A DNA stretch of 20,000 nucleotides. Source: an uncultured virus (IMG/VR IMGVR_UViG_3300021142_000034) (taxonomy: Duplodnaviria > Heunggongvirae > Uroviricota > Caudoviricetes). The notes beneath the pieces were generated by a model. That model searched no databases. It saw only the letters and a list, made by a program, of their open reading frames with translations, and was not told where the DNA came from. This document shows positions 1 to 8,048 of this stretch, piece by piece. How positions within the stretch are numbered: the first letter of the stretch is position 1; every line of letters begins with the position of its first letter. Location: the IMG/VR virus record IMGVR_UViG_3300021142_000034. One strand, given 5' to 3'. Position numbers and translations under genes: made by a program.

Positions 1-389
1 GAAGCGTCCGTCACCGTGACGATGTTGGACATATTCGTAGTCTGAAACGGATTAGCTGATAAGTTAACCACTGCCCGAATGGGAGTGATGTCGTAATAGG
101 CTCCGCCGTTTTGAATGTAAAACTTCAGGTTAGTCCCAAGGCTGATGTAAGTCTGGTAAGCCAGAGTCACCCAAGACCACAAAGAACGACATACACCAAG
201 GAACGTAGCAACCGTAAGTGGTATCCAGCCCCCGATGCTCTCGGGCATTCCCTGGCGGAAACGGACTAGATTAGATTCATACCAGCCAGTGGTATAGCCA
301 GACGAGTTATTGACGCCCAGTAATTCTGTGGCATAACGTGTGTTTTCTCTGTTAACACCGGGTCTAATAACTATTGGCTTTAATGGCAC
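1..389 (-). CDS. Virion tail protein, N-terminal part (possibly P22 gp10-like DNA-stabilisation/tail hub); runs off the window's left edge
   Basis: Not in the ORF track. GTG at 387-389 follows SD TGAGGT (395-400). Frame is open to the edge: MPLKPIVIRPGVNRENTRYATELLGVNNSSGYTTGWYESNLVRFRQGMPESIGGW... The PGVNRENTRY / W..VRFR.G.PE.IGGW pattern is recalled from phage tail proteins; the family call is tentative. Confidence 0.75.
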   Translation of the reverse strand, partial: MPLKPIVIRPGVNRENTRYATELLGVNNSSGYTTGWYESNLVRFRQGMPESIGGWIPLTVATFLGVCRSLWSWVTLAYQTYISLGTNLKFYIQNGGAYYDITPIRAVVNLSANPFQTTNMSNIVTVTDA

Positions 390-400
390 GGTTTACCTCA

Positions 401-997
401 TTATGCTAGGACGCTAAAGGCGGTGTTAATCTGTGCAACCCTGTCGTCAAGCCCAATGATACCGCCGTTAATCACCTTTGTCATCCCGACAAAATCACGC
501 CCTTCAGCCTTTTGATTTAGCTTATGGGTTGACCAAAAGAAACCAGCTGTCAGGGCGGCATACATGGGCGTAGACACCAGATCGGGGTTCATGACGAAAT
601 CCACCCCTAGTGCTTGACCGGCATGATAGTAATTTGCATGGCCCGTGGTTTGAATGCATCCCCTTCCGCGAAAACGCCAGCCATCTCCTGATGCTTCATC
701 CCGGTTTCCCATACGATTGGCGTAAACAGAGTTGGCAATCTTTTGCGGATTACCGGCGTACTGGTTTGCGACATCAAGAGTAGGAAAGCGCTTGGGCCAT
801 AGACGCATCAGCGTCGCAGCCTTGTAGTTCAAGTTCTCTTCTAGGACCCGAAAGTTACCGCATTCGTGAGCGCACTGCCCTATAAAAGAAGCCTGCTCAA
901 TATTTGAGAGGATATTGAACTTTTCAAACGTAGCGTTCAGTGGATCAACCCACTTGGGATCAATCTTTAATTTGACAAGTTGATCACTGTTTACCAT
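401..997 (-). CDS. Endolysin, glycoside hydrolase family 19 (chitinase-like lysozyme)
   Basis: GH19 motifs AHECGNF..LEENL, YANRMGN, FRGRGCIQTTG..NY and TKVINGG..GLDDR; adjacent to spanin genes. Confidence 0.92.
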   Translation of the reverse strand: MVNSDQLVKLKIDPKWVDPLNATFEKFNILSNIEQASFIGQCAHECGNFRVLEENLNYKAATLMRLWPKRFPTLDVANQYAGNPQKIANSVYANRMGNRDEASGDGWRFRGRGCIQTTGHANYYHAGQALGVDFVMNPDLVSTPMYAALTAGFFWSTHKLNQKAEGRDFVGMTKVINGGIIGLDDRVAQINTAFSVLA

Positions 998-1484
998 TGA
1001 TCTGCTCCCGTACTTGGTTATAAGCGTCTATGCACGCATTGAGCTGCAGGGTATTCTTATCCCCTTGGGCTACTATTTCTGCGATGGCTGCGAGGGTTGC
1101 TCGGTCGGCATCAGAAGTTTGGTCAGCCGGTCCACTAGGTTGGCTTCCTGCTTCTTGGCTATTTCCGGCGGAAGCGGGGGTACTTGGGGCGGCTTGTACG
1201 CAACTTGCGGTGGGGAGCCGCAAGCGGCCAGCACGGATAGCACGGTCAAGGGCAGTAGATTTTTCAGCAAGGACATTGTTGGCTTCCTCCAGTTTGGTGG
1301 CATTCTGATTCAGTTTACTCGTCATGTTCTGCTCAATTAATCGAGCTTCTTCATTTTTCTTGGCAATCTCAGCCTGCATCTCTAGGTCACGTTCAGTCCA
1401 GCCTTTGTGATGCCCATAGAAGTAAATGCCAATAGCCGCAAAGACAGCGGCTAGGATGAGATAGGCTTTAGGTATACCAAACAT
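984..1484 (-). CDS. Rz: Inner-membrane spanin (i-spanin, Rz-like)
   Basis: N-terminal TM helix (YLILAAVFAAIGIYFYG), long coiled coil, G.LRLP motif and C-terminal LNACIDAY; contains an out-of-frame lipoprotein gene. Confidence 0.85.
   Translation of the reverse strand: MFGIPKAYLILAAVFAAIGIYFYGHHKGWTERDLEMQAEIAKKNEEARLIEQNMTSKLNQNATKLEEANNVLAEKSTALDRAIRAGRLRLPTASCVQAAPSTPASAGNSQEAGSQPSGPADQTSDADRATLAAIAEIVAQGDKNTLQLNACIDAYNQVREQINGKQ
1073..1276 (-). CDS. Rz1: Outer-membrane spanin lipoprotein (o-spanin, Rz1-like), fully embedded in Rz
   Basis: ATG at 1274-1276 preceded by GGAGGAAGCCAACA. 67 aa with signal peptide and lipobox LAAC, then a Pro-rich segment (PPQVAYKPPQVPPLPP). Lies in a different frame inside Rz. 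Confidence 0.85.
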   Translation of the reverse strand: MSLLKNLLPLTVLSVLAACGSPPQVAYKPPQVPPLPPEIAKKQEANLVDRLTKLLMPTEQPSQPSQK

Positions 1485-1978
1485 TACTCTGCCTCTTTAC
1501 GGGCTAGTGCCATAGCTTCGCGCTCATGCTCGGGCTCCTGAAGGTTTGGCGGCGTTGTTGGGGGTGGTGGAGGCGTCCAGGTTTCATCCAGCGCGGGATT
1601 CTGGAAGTTCATCCAGTTCATGTTTCCAAGCGGTTGCGCCCCAAATGAGTTTACAGCTGGCGCATTTGAGTTTACAGCCGGAGGATTAGCAGGCGGGGTT
1701 GCCAAAGCATTGGCAGCAGCCCCCACAGCCCGTTTACTCATCACGCCACCAATACCGCCAACAACAAGCAGCACAATGTCGTTTAACATCTTGGTATACG
1801 CCATATCGATGGGCGCCATCGACTTGATTGGCTGAGTTACAAACGTAACCGAGTACAAGAGCGCAATCACAATAATGAACAAGATCATGGTCACAGCTAT
1901 GACCACTACGCCCCACACTCTAACCTCAATATCGGCTGCGCTTAATGGCTCATTGTGATGGTGGTTTTGGTGCTTCAA
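1484..1978 (-). CDS. Two-TM membrane protein, holin-like, with Pro-rich C-terminal tail
   Basis: Likely start is TTG at 1976-1978 after SD GGAG (CTGGAGAAACAAATTG), giving 164 aa. TM1 VWGVVVIAVTMILFIIVIALLY, TM2 IVLLVVGGIGGVM. TAATG coupling to Rz. Holin function is inferred from context. Confidence 0.65.
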   Translation of the reverse strand: MKHQNHHHNEPLSAADIEVRVWGVVVIAVTMILFIIVIALLYSVTFVTQPIKSMAPIDMAYTKMLNDIVLLVVGGIGGVMSKRAVGAAANALATPPANPPAVNSNAPAVNSFGAQPLGNMNWMNFQNPALDETWTPPPPPTTPPNLQEPEHEREAMALARKEAE

Positions 1979-2159
1979 TTTGTTTCTCCAGAATCGGCGC
2001 AACAAGATATTCGGGGCACTGCTGCGTGAATAGGCACTTGGGCTTTTGGCACTGTGCGTCCGTGAAATGATCGGGATTTTGGCAAATGTATCTGTAGCGG
2101 TCCTCGCAGCCAGCCAGTAAGCCAAGCGTCAGGGCGATAGCGGCAAACACGTATTTCAT
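1950..2159 (-). CDS. Small Cys-rich lipoprotein
   Basis: 69 aa; signal peptide with lipobox LAGC; four further Cys (ICQ, QCQKPKC, QQCP); G-rich SD upstream. Confidence 0.8.
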   Translation of the reverse strand: MKYVFAAIALTLGLLAGCEDRYRYICQNPDHFTDAQCQKPKCLFTQQCPEYLVAPILEKQIEAPKPPSQ

Positions 2160-2167
2160 TTAACCCC

Positions 2168-2317
2168 CTAAAACGGCAGCTTTGAAAGCGCTGCATCCAT
2201 CACCCGTGCCGCTAATGGCTCGGGGAGCGACTTTACAAAGTCTAAAAACCACCAGACGCAAGCGACATAGCAAAAGACTTTGAAGAACTTTTTAAAGCCT
2301 TCGACAACTTCTTTCAT
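2168..2317 (-). CDS. Small hydrophobic/membrane protein (49 aa)
   Basis: Below the ORF-track cutoff: MKEVVEGFKKFFKVFCYVACVWWFLDFVKSLPEPLAARVMDAALSKLPF. TGATG overlap with the upstream gene; fills the gap exactly. Confidence 0.7.
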   Translation of the reverse strand: MKEVVEGFKKFFKVFCYVACVWWFLDFVKSLPEPLAARVMDAALSKLPF

Positions 2318-2817
2318 CAGTGGCACCCGTATTTATTGCAATGAAGGTAAAAATAAATGCCGCCCCAAACCATTAGACCAAAGATAACCAGAGACAAGAT
2401 GCTGATGACAGCAAAGTCAATTGCCTCGCGTAACTCTTTCTTGCGTTTAGCCTCAGCCGCTTTAGCCCTGGCGATCTCTTTAGCCGCCTCGGCTTCCATC
2501 GCAGCCGCACGCTTTTTGATATTCATCCACACGTCCATTTTGCCGGACGAGAAGAATAGATTCTTGAGTGACTCTTCAAATTCTCGGGCTTGCTCAAGAG
2601 CCATTTCTAGCTCAAGAGCTTTACCCATAGCCGAGCCTTTAAAGCCGCCCGACTTAGCCTGAGATACGACCTTAATCGCATCGACTTTGGCGTCAAAGTA
2701 TTTCCCCAGAACAGGGCCGAGACTACCAAGGTCATTGGCAGTTTGTGAGGCTTTTTTGACCAGCTTGATAGCTGACTGCACCGCATCCAGCGCGGCAAAC
2801 GGATCAATAGGAATCAT
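2317..2817 (-). CDS. Helical protein with C-terminal TM anchor (lysis-region hypothetical)
   Basis: Start MIPIDP (ATG 2815-2817) after GGTGGAG; 166 aa; Ala/Lys/Glu helical body; TM FAVISILSLVIFGLMVWGGIYFYL. Confidence 0.75.
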   Translation of the reverse strand: MIPIDPFAALDAVQSAIKLVKKASQTANDLGSLGPVLGKYFDAKVDAIKVVSQAKSGGFKGSAMGKALELEMALEQAREFEESLKNLFFSSGKMDVWMNIKKRAAAMEAEAAKEIARAKAAEAKRKKELREAIDFAVISILSLVIFGLMVWGGIYFYLHCNKYGCH

Positions 2818-2854
2818 GCTCCACCTATGGGGAAAGCGGCACAAGGCCGCTGGT

Positions 2855-3046
2855 TTACTGCACTGGATCGGAAGCCGGAGCTTCTTTCAATTCAGGCATT
2901 GGGACTTGCGGGATAGCCTGCTCTCGGATGGATTGCACCAGATCAGCCACTTGTTCGTAAGGGGCTTTAGCCAATGCAGCCAGTACCATATTGACAGCGC
3001 CCAAGGGCAAGGTCAAAGAGATAGGCGTGTTCAGTTCTTCGTTCAT
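2855..3046 (-). CDS. Hypothetical phage protein (63 aa)
   Basis: SD GGAG at 3054-3057; co-oriented; fills the gap. Confidence 0.75.
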   Translation of the reverse strand: MNEELNTPISLTLPLGAVNMVLAALAKAPYEQVADLVQSIREQAIPQVPMPELKEAPASDPVQ

Positions 3047-3062
3047 GTTTAAACTCCAGCAG

Positions 3063-3091
3063 CGGCTGAGATGGGGCAGCCGTGTAACCCC
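3063..3091 (-). promoter_or_regulatory. Predicted H-type RNA pseudoknot upstream of an RBS
   Basis: mRNA reads GGGG-UUACA-CGGCUG-CCCC-AUCU-CAGCCG. Stem 1 GGGG/CCCC and stem 2 CGGCUG/CAGCCG are interleaved, ending 5 nt before SD GGAG. Confidence 0.5.
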
Positions 3092-3100
3092 TTGAACGTA

Positions 3101-3418
3101 TTATGCCGTAGCCCAAGGCAATGGCGTGTTTTGAGGGCTGACAGGAGGGGTAATCATGCTGTCGATTTGGCCTTGCACACAAGCCTGTGCGCTTGCGATT
3201 TGCTCTGCGGGAATCCACGCAATGACTTGAGCGGGTTGCAAATCTGCGTATGGGGTGTAGCCCGTTTCGCCTTGGGTGGGAGTGAATTGGCAGTTGCCAT
3301 CGATGCTGGCGGTATGTTGACCGTCAACTCCGGTGACCTCATAAATCACGTTTACAACATACCCCGTTGGATTGGGGATGGTGAACATCTGTTTGATGGT
3401 GGTGGTGAAGGTGGTCAT
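3101..3418 (-). CDS. Hypothetical protein downstream of tail fibre (possible fibre assembly/accessory protein)
   Basis: Start MTTFTTT (ATG 3416-3418) after AAGGAAAATATC; 105 aa; C-terminal PLPW; sits directly after the fibre gene. Confidence 0.75.
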   Translation of the reverse strand: MTTFTTTIKQMFTIPNPTGYVVNVIYEVTGVDGQHTASIDGNCQFTPTQGETGYTPYADLQPAQVIAWIPAEQIASAQACVQGQIDSMITPPVSPQNTPLPWATA

Positions 3419-3437
3419 GATATTTTCCTTTCGGGGG

Positions 3438-6400
3438 TTAAGCGATGCCTGCGTTTGCAAGGCGTTTACGGAGGGATTGGATTTCTGCTACCAAGTCAGC
3501 AATGACTTCTGGTGTGCTTGGTTGCATTGCTTGATAAACTGGGTTTCCTTTGGCATCAACAGCATCTTTTGTTCCTGTCACGCTGTTTTCATACACTTCT
3601 TGGAATTCATGCGCCAAAAAACCTCGAGCATTTGCGCCACTATCTTTCCATTTGTAATCAATGGGCTTCAAAGCATCAATTCGTTCACCTTGCCCCGTTA
3701 CTGCGCCAATAACATTTTTTAAACGGTAATCAGAAGTGGTGTTGTAAATAACAGCGTTAGTAGTTGTGACTCTTGTAATAGAGCCAATTGAAGTGGTTGC
3801 AGAATTTCTAAATTGAATATATCCGTTACCGCTTGCATCGTCTGTTGAAACAAGACCAAGCTGGTTAGAAGTAGCGCCAGTAGAAGCAAAACGAACTTTA
3901 TCAGTGCCTGCAAATGTAGTCCCCACCAAGAAGTTACCCGAGCCATCAAAAATACCCCGTGGATTCCCATCCCCATCAGACAGCACGATGTAGTTGTTTG
4001 CTGTGCGGATGTCTAGGCCGCCTTGGTTGCCGTTGTATGCGCCAAGGATTGAGTTCTTTGTGCCAGAAGTTATTAGGTTTCCAGAGCCATAACCAATAAA
4101 AGTATTTAAACTAACTCCACCAGCGCCAACTGTGTTGTATCCAGCAATATAACCAACGTATGTTCCATAAGCACCAGTTGCATTGCTATACCCCGCTTGA
4201 TAACCTATAGCAGTGTTGCTGGATGCTGTGGTGTTTGACTGAAGCGCATCTGCGCCAATGGCAGTGTTGTAAGAACCCGTTGTATTGCTTCTTAACGCGC
4301 CACCAGATACGTTTCCACCAAACGCCACATTTCCAGTACCAGTGGTATTGGAGAGCATGGAGTAGTAGCCATACGCAGTGTTGTTGGCGGCGGTGTTGTT
4401 GTACAGCGACCAGAAACCAGCCGCCACGTTGCCGCCGTTGGTTGTGTTGCTTATCAAGGCTTGATGACCAATGGCTACGTTATTGTTACCAGTGGTGTTG
4501 CTAGAAAGGGCTTGCGTACCAATCGCTACGTTTTGCGCTCCTGTGGTGTTGTAATAAGCTGCCTGATAACCTACAGCAGTGTTGTTTGATGCTGTGGTGT
4601 TTGAGGCAAGAGCAGATATACCAATTGCGGTGTTGTATGAACCTGTTGTATTGGTTTGTAGTGCGGCGGCGGTTATGCCATTGTTGCCACCAACGGCTAC
4701 GTTTGATAATCCAGTCGTGTTTCCGTTTAGCGCATACGCCCCAACAGCCACCATGCCAATACCCGCAGTGTTTGCGTAAAGCGATTGATAACCAACAGCA
4801 GTGTTATTAGAGGCTGTGGTGTTGGAGTAGAGGGCGTAATTGCCAAGCGCAGTATTTGCGCCGCCAGTAGTGTTTGCGGTTAACGCAACGTGACCAACAG
4901 CCGTGTTATTTGCGCCAGTTGTATTTGCATAAAGTGATTGAATACCTACCGCAACATGGTCAGCTCCGGTGGTGTTGCTATACAGTGCTTTTTGACCAAG
5001 GGCGGTTACCGACCCAGTTGTATTACTGTATCCAGCCTGATAACCTACAGCAGTGTTGTTTGAGGCTGTGGTGTTGGAGTTAAGGGCCAGTTGACCAATG
5101 GCAGTGTTGTACAAACCGCTTGTGTTTGACAAAAGCGCCTGATAGCCAACCGCAGTAATATTCCCGCCCGTTGCGGCTGTTCCTGCCTGATAACCAAGCA
5201 AAGACAAACCTGCCGAAGTCGTGTTTGATGCGCCAGCCTGATAACCAACAGCAGTATTTAATGAGCCACTTGTATTAGCCGCTAAAGCGCTATAACCCAC
5301 CGCAGTGTTGGTAGACACAGCACCTGCACCACGGCCTACAGTCAGTCCGCTTATAGATGCGTCTAAAGTGCTTCTAATGCCACCTGATACATCCAACTTA
5401 TAAGCAGGCGAACTCGTCCCAATACCCAGACCTGTGCTGGTCAGGCGCATTTGTTCGCTACCTTTAAACCAAGCAAGGTCTGCGCTTCCTGATGGAATAT
5501 AGTTATACCAGTCAGCAGTTGTTCCACCAGTTCGAACAAGATTTAATCCAACATTTCCTGACCCTGCTGTTGTTGCTCTAAGGTCACCAGTAGCAATTAC
5601 TTTACCATTACCATTGGTAAAATCAGTACCATCAAACGTCAGCGCAGAACCAGTAGTCAGCGCACTTGTAGACGATGCGTAGACAACACCGTTAGCGGTG
5701 AATGAGGTTAAGCCTGTACCGCCGTTAGTAGTTGCAAGAGTACCGGCAAGAGTAATAGCGCCGCTTGTTGCCGAGCTTGGGGTAAAGCCCGTAGTTCCAG
5801 CACTGAATGTCGTTACCGCAACACCAGACAATGTAGACCACTGTGGGGCCGAGCCAGAAGATGTGAGAATCTGGCCGTTTGTGCCAATACCCAGCTTGGA
5901 CAATGTTGTTCCAGATGCGTAGTAAGGAAGATCACCAGCGGTGTAAGACGATAATCCCGTGCCGCCATAAGCGGTCGTCAAAGCGTTTGTCAGGTTTAAA
6001 GTGTTGGCTGTTAATGTAGTTCCATTAAACGTCAGCGCAGAACCAGTAGTAAGCACCTTAGAGCCATTGAGGTATGCTACTCCGTTGGCTGTGCCTGCCG
6101 TCAAAATGATATTGCCGTTGCTCAGGGTAAAGTTGCCCGAAGTGTCCAGTTGCGCTTGCTGACTTCCGTTTGTGTAGAACGACAACGGTAAATACGTTCC
6201 CGTCCCGTTAATGCCAGACACCAATTGCACATCGGTTGAGCCGTTTGTGGCAATTAAAATCTTGGATGCGTTGGTGGGGTTGCTGTTGTTGAATGCCTGC
6301 CAAGAAGCAGCCGTACTGGTGCCGTTAGGCAAGGCATAAATGCCCGTCGTAGCATTGGTTGTACTGGTTTGGAAAGATGTACGGTTAGCAAACGTAGCGT

Positions 6401-7019
6401 TACTAAAGTCGCCTTGGAACAAGGCGCCGACACCAGCGGCGCCCAAGCCCAAAACCGTACCTGTGAAAGTCAGGTTAGCCGAGTCTTGGAGTAAACCGCC
6501 AGTACCGGCATAAGTCACCCGACCGGAAGTCAGGCTTGTATCCGTGATGGAACTAAACGTCGCAACACCGTTTGTATTGCTGATCTTTACAAAGTCACCG
6601 GCAACGCTGTTCCAGAAGATAATGGCTTTTTCGCCGTTGACAATCGTGACACCAGTAGTGGGTCCGGTAACGCCACGAACGATAATTGAGTAGCCACCGC
6701 TTGTAGAGTTGTTGACCACAAACATCTTGCTTGAGTTAGGAGCATTGATGTATCTGTTTGCAGTGCGAGCTCCCGTGCACAGCAAGTGCATGTACTGAGC
6801 CGTAGTTGAGTTAGGAGAAGCAACAAGGTTTGAGCCAGCGCTGCTGCCGTTTGTGATGGACAGCGTGATGTCCAAGTCGTTCGTGATGTTGTTTGTACCA
6901 GCTATTGCAACGTCAACATAGACAGTGATACCGTTGTTAACATCATCGCCCCAGGTACCAGATTCTGTGCCGGTTACTGGTTCAGCTAAACCCAAAAGTG
7001 TGGTGTAGTTAATAGTCAT
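3438..7019 (-). CDS. Tail fibre / receptor-binding protein with C-terminal intramolecular chaperone (peptidase S74-like)
   Basis: Start MTINYTT after AGGA; 1193 aa; Gly/Thr/Ser/Asn rich. Contains about 14-aa NTAVGYQAL repeats, a GIGTSSP motif, the autocleavage motif TSDYRLK, RGFLAHE and a C-terminal coiled coil. Confidence 0.9.
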   Translation of the reverse strand: MTINYTTLLGLAEPVTGTESGTWGDDVNNGITVYVDVAIAGTNNITNDLDITLSITNGSSAGSNLVASPNSTTAQYMHLLCTGARTANRYINAPNSSKMFVVNNSTSGGYSIIVRGVTGPTTGVTIVNGEKAIIFWNSVAGDFVKISNTNGVATFSSITDTSLTSGRVTYAGTGGLLQDSANLTFTGTVLGLGAAGVGALFQGDFSNATFANRTSFQTSTTNATTGIYALPNGTSTAASWQAFNNSNPTNASKILIATNGSTDVQLVSGINGTGTYLPLSFYTNGSQQAQLDTSGNFTLSNGNIILTAGTANGVAYLNGSKVLTTGSALTFNGTTLTANTLNLTNALTTAYGGTGLSSYTAGDLPYYASGTTLSKLGIGTNGQILTSSGSAPQWSTLSGVAVTTFSAGTTGFTPSSATSGAITLAGTLATTNGGTGLTSFTANGVVYASSTSALTTGSALTFDGTDFTNGNGKVIATGDLRATTAGSGNVGLNLVRTGGTTADWYNYIPSGSADLAWFKGSEQMRLTSTGLGIGTSSPAYKLDVSGGIRSTLDASISGLTVGRGAGAVSTNTAVGYSALAANTSGSLNTAVGYQAGASNTTSAGLSLLGYQAGTAATGGNITAVGYQALLSNTSGLYNTAIGQLALNSNTTASNNTAVGYQAGYSNTTGSVTALGQKALYSNTTGADHVAVGIQSLYANTTGANNTAVGHVALTANTTGGANTALGNYALYSNTTASNNTAVGYQSLYANTAGIGMVAVGAYALNGNTTGLSNVAVGGNNGITAAALQTNTTGSYNTAIGISALASNTTASNNTAVGYQAAYYNTTGAQNVAIGTQALSSNTTGNNNVAIGHQALISNTTNGGNVAAGFWSLYNNTAANNTAYGYYSMLSNTTGTGNVAFGGNVSGGALRSNTTGSYNTAIGADALQSNTTASSNTAIGYQAGYSNATGAYGTYVGYIAGYNTVGAGGVSLNTFIGYGSGNLITSGTKNSILGAYNGNQGGLDIRTANNYIVLSDGDGNPRGIFDGSGNFLVGTTFAGTDKVRFASTGATSNQLGLVSTDDASGNGYIQFRNSATTSIGSITRVTTTNAVIYNTTSDYRLKNVIGAVTGQGERIDALKPIDYKWKDSGANARGFLAHEFQEVYENSVTGTKDAVDAKGNPVYQAMQPSTPEVIADLVAEIQSLRKRLANAGIA
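4040..5320 (-). repeat. Tandem ~14-aa coding repeats (N-T-A-V/I-G-Y-x-A-L-x-x-N-T-T), beta-roll/beta-helix type
   Basis: Many degenerate copies in the translation. Near-exact 41-bp DNA repeat at 4561-4601 and 5035-5075 (1 mismatch). Boundaries approximate. Confidence 0.85.
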
Positions 7020-7027
7020 CTTATTTC

Positions 7028-8038
7028 CTATTGTGTGGGTACGGGCACCCAACTTGGAGAATCAACATCAGACACTGCCGTCCATGAAGGTGAATCTGGG
7101 TTCGCAACGTTAGTCCAGTTTGGTGTCTGCGCCGTGTTTACGCTTGACCAGCCAGGGCTTTCGGCATCATTGATATTTTGCCACGAAGGAGTCTGATTGT
7201 CATTGACTAAACTCCAATAACTAATCGCCAAAGTCTGGACCGTTCCAGCGGCTCCAACCCCTATTAACTGAGCAGTTCTGCCGCCCATCGTGACAGAACC
7301 AACCAGTCCATTTGCACCAACGCCAGTCAGCGCAACCGTGACATTTGAAGAAAGGTTTCCTACTTGACCATTGGCGACAACCGGACCAAGAGGAACAGAC
7401 ATTGCCCCAACCTGACCGGTAGCGTTATTGCCTGTAATGCCTAATTGAGTATTTGGAGATACAGTTCCAACTTGACCCGTTGTACCAACGCCGGTCAAAG
7501 CAATCGTTAAGCTGGTTCCAACCGATCCTACGGAGCCTATAGCTACGTTACCAACATCCCCGTCTGTGTTGTTAGCCACCAATTGACCAACAGACCCGGA
7601 AGTAGAAACACCGGTGATACTTTGTGTTTGTGAGCTGGTAACCGATCCGGTAAACCCGCTTGCCAGCACACCAGACAAGGCGGCTGCATTACTGACGGAG
7701 ACAGATCCAACCGATCCAGAAGATCCAACGCCAGTCAGGGCAATTGTAATGTTGACCGTTTGAGAGCCAACCGCACCGCTTGCGCCAACACCCGTTAGGC
7801 TGATCGTTACATTAGAGGAGACAGTGCCGACGTTACCGCTTGCTGCAACGCCGGAAAGGCTATCGGTATCCTGCTCTGAGACAGTTCCGACATTACCAGT
7901 TGCTCCAACACCAGTCAGAGCAATCGTGATATTGGGAGAGGCAGTTCCTACTGCTCCAGAGGCGGGGTCACCAGTTAATGGGGTACTACCAAATCCCCAT
8001 ACACCGCTGCCCCAAGCGCCACTGCCCCACCCGGACAT
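7028..8038 (-). CDS. Gly/Val/Ser/Thr repeat virion protein (tail/fibre-associated)
   Basis: N-terminal GWG repeats; central LTGV.A.G.VG repeats of about 19-20 aa; C-terminal 11-aa Trp-periodic repeats; lies among tail genes. Confidence 0.75.
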   Translation of the reverse strand: MSGWGSGAWGSGVWGFGSTPLTGDPASGAVGTASPNITIALTGVGATGNVGTVSEQDTDSLSGVAASGNVGTVSSNVTISLTGVGASGAVGSQTVNITIALTGVGSSGSVGSVSVSNAAALSGVLASGFTGSVTSSQTQSITGVSTSGSVGQLVANNTDGDVGNVAIGSVGSVGTSLTIALTGVGTTGQVGTVSPNTQLGITGNNATGQVGAMSVPLGPVVANGQVGNLSSNVTVALTGVGANGLVGSVTMGGRTAQLIGVGAAGTVQTLAISYWSLVNDNQTPSWQNINDAESPGWSSVNTAQTPNWTNVANPDSPSWTAVSDVDSPSWVPVPTQ

Positions 8039-8048
8039 AAATCACCTA

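Noticed and set aside
1979..2125. N-terminal extension of the holin-like ORF in the track (similar extensions to 2844, 3460, 7052, 11045, 13499 and 16894)
   Set aside because: The extensions overlap upstream genes or signals and lack an SD; downstream starts have good SDs.
2835..2851. Hairpin AGCGGC-N5-GCCGCT as a terminator
   Set aside because: It has a 6-bp stem with only about 3 U and sits just before the next SD; too weak to call.
4040..5320. CRISPR array or DGR template/variable repeat
   Set aside because: The repeats are in-frame degenerate coding repeats. There is no spacer structure, no adenine-specific mismatch pattern and no reverse transcriptase or cas gene in the window.
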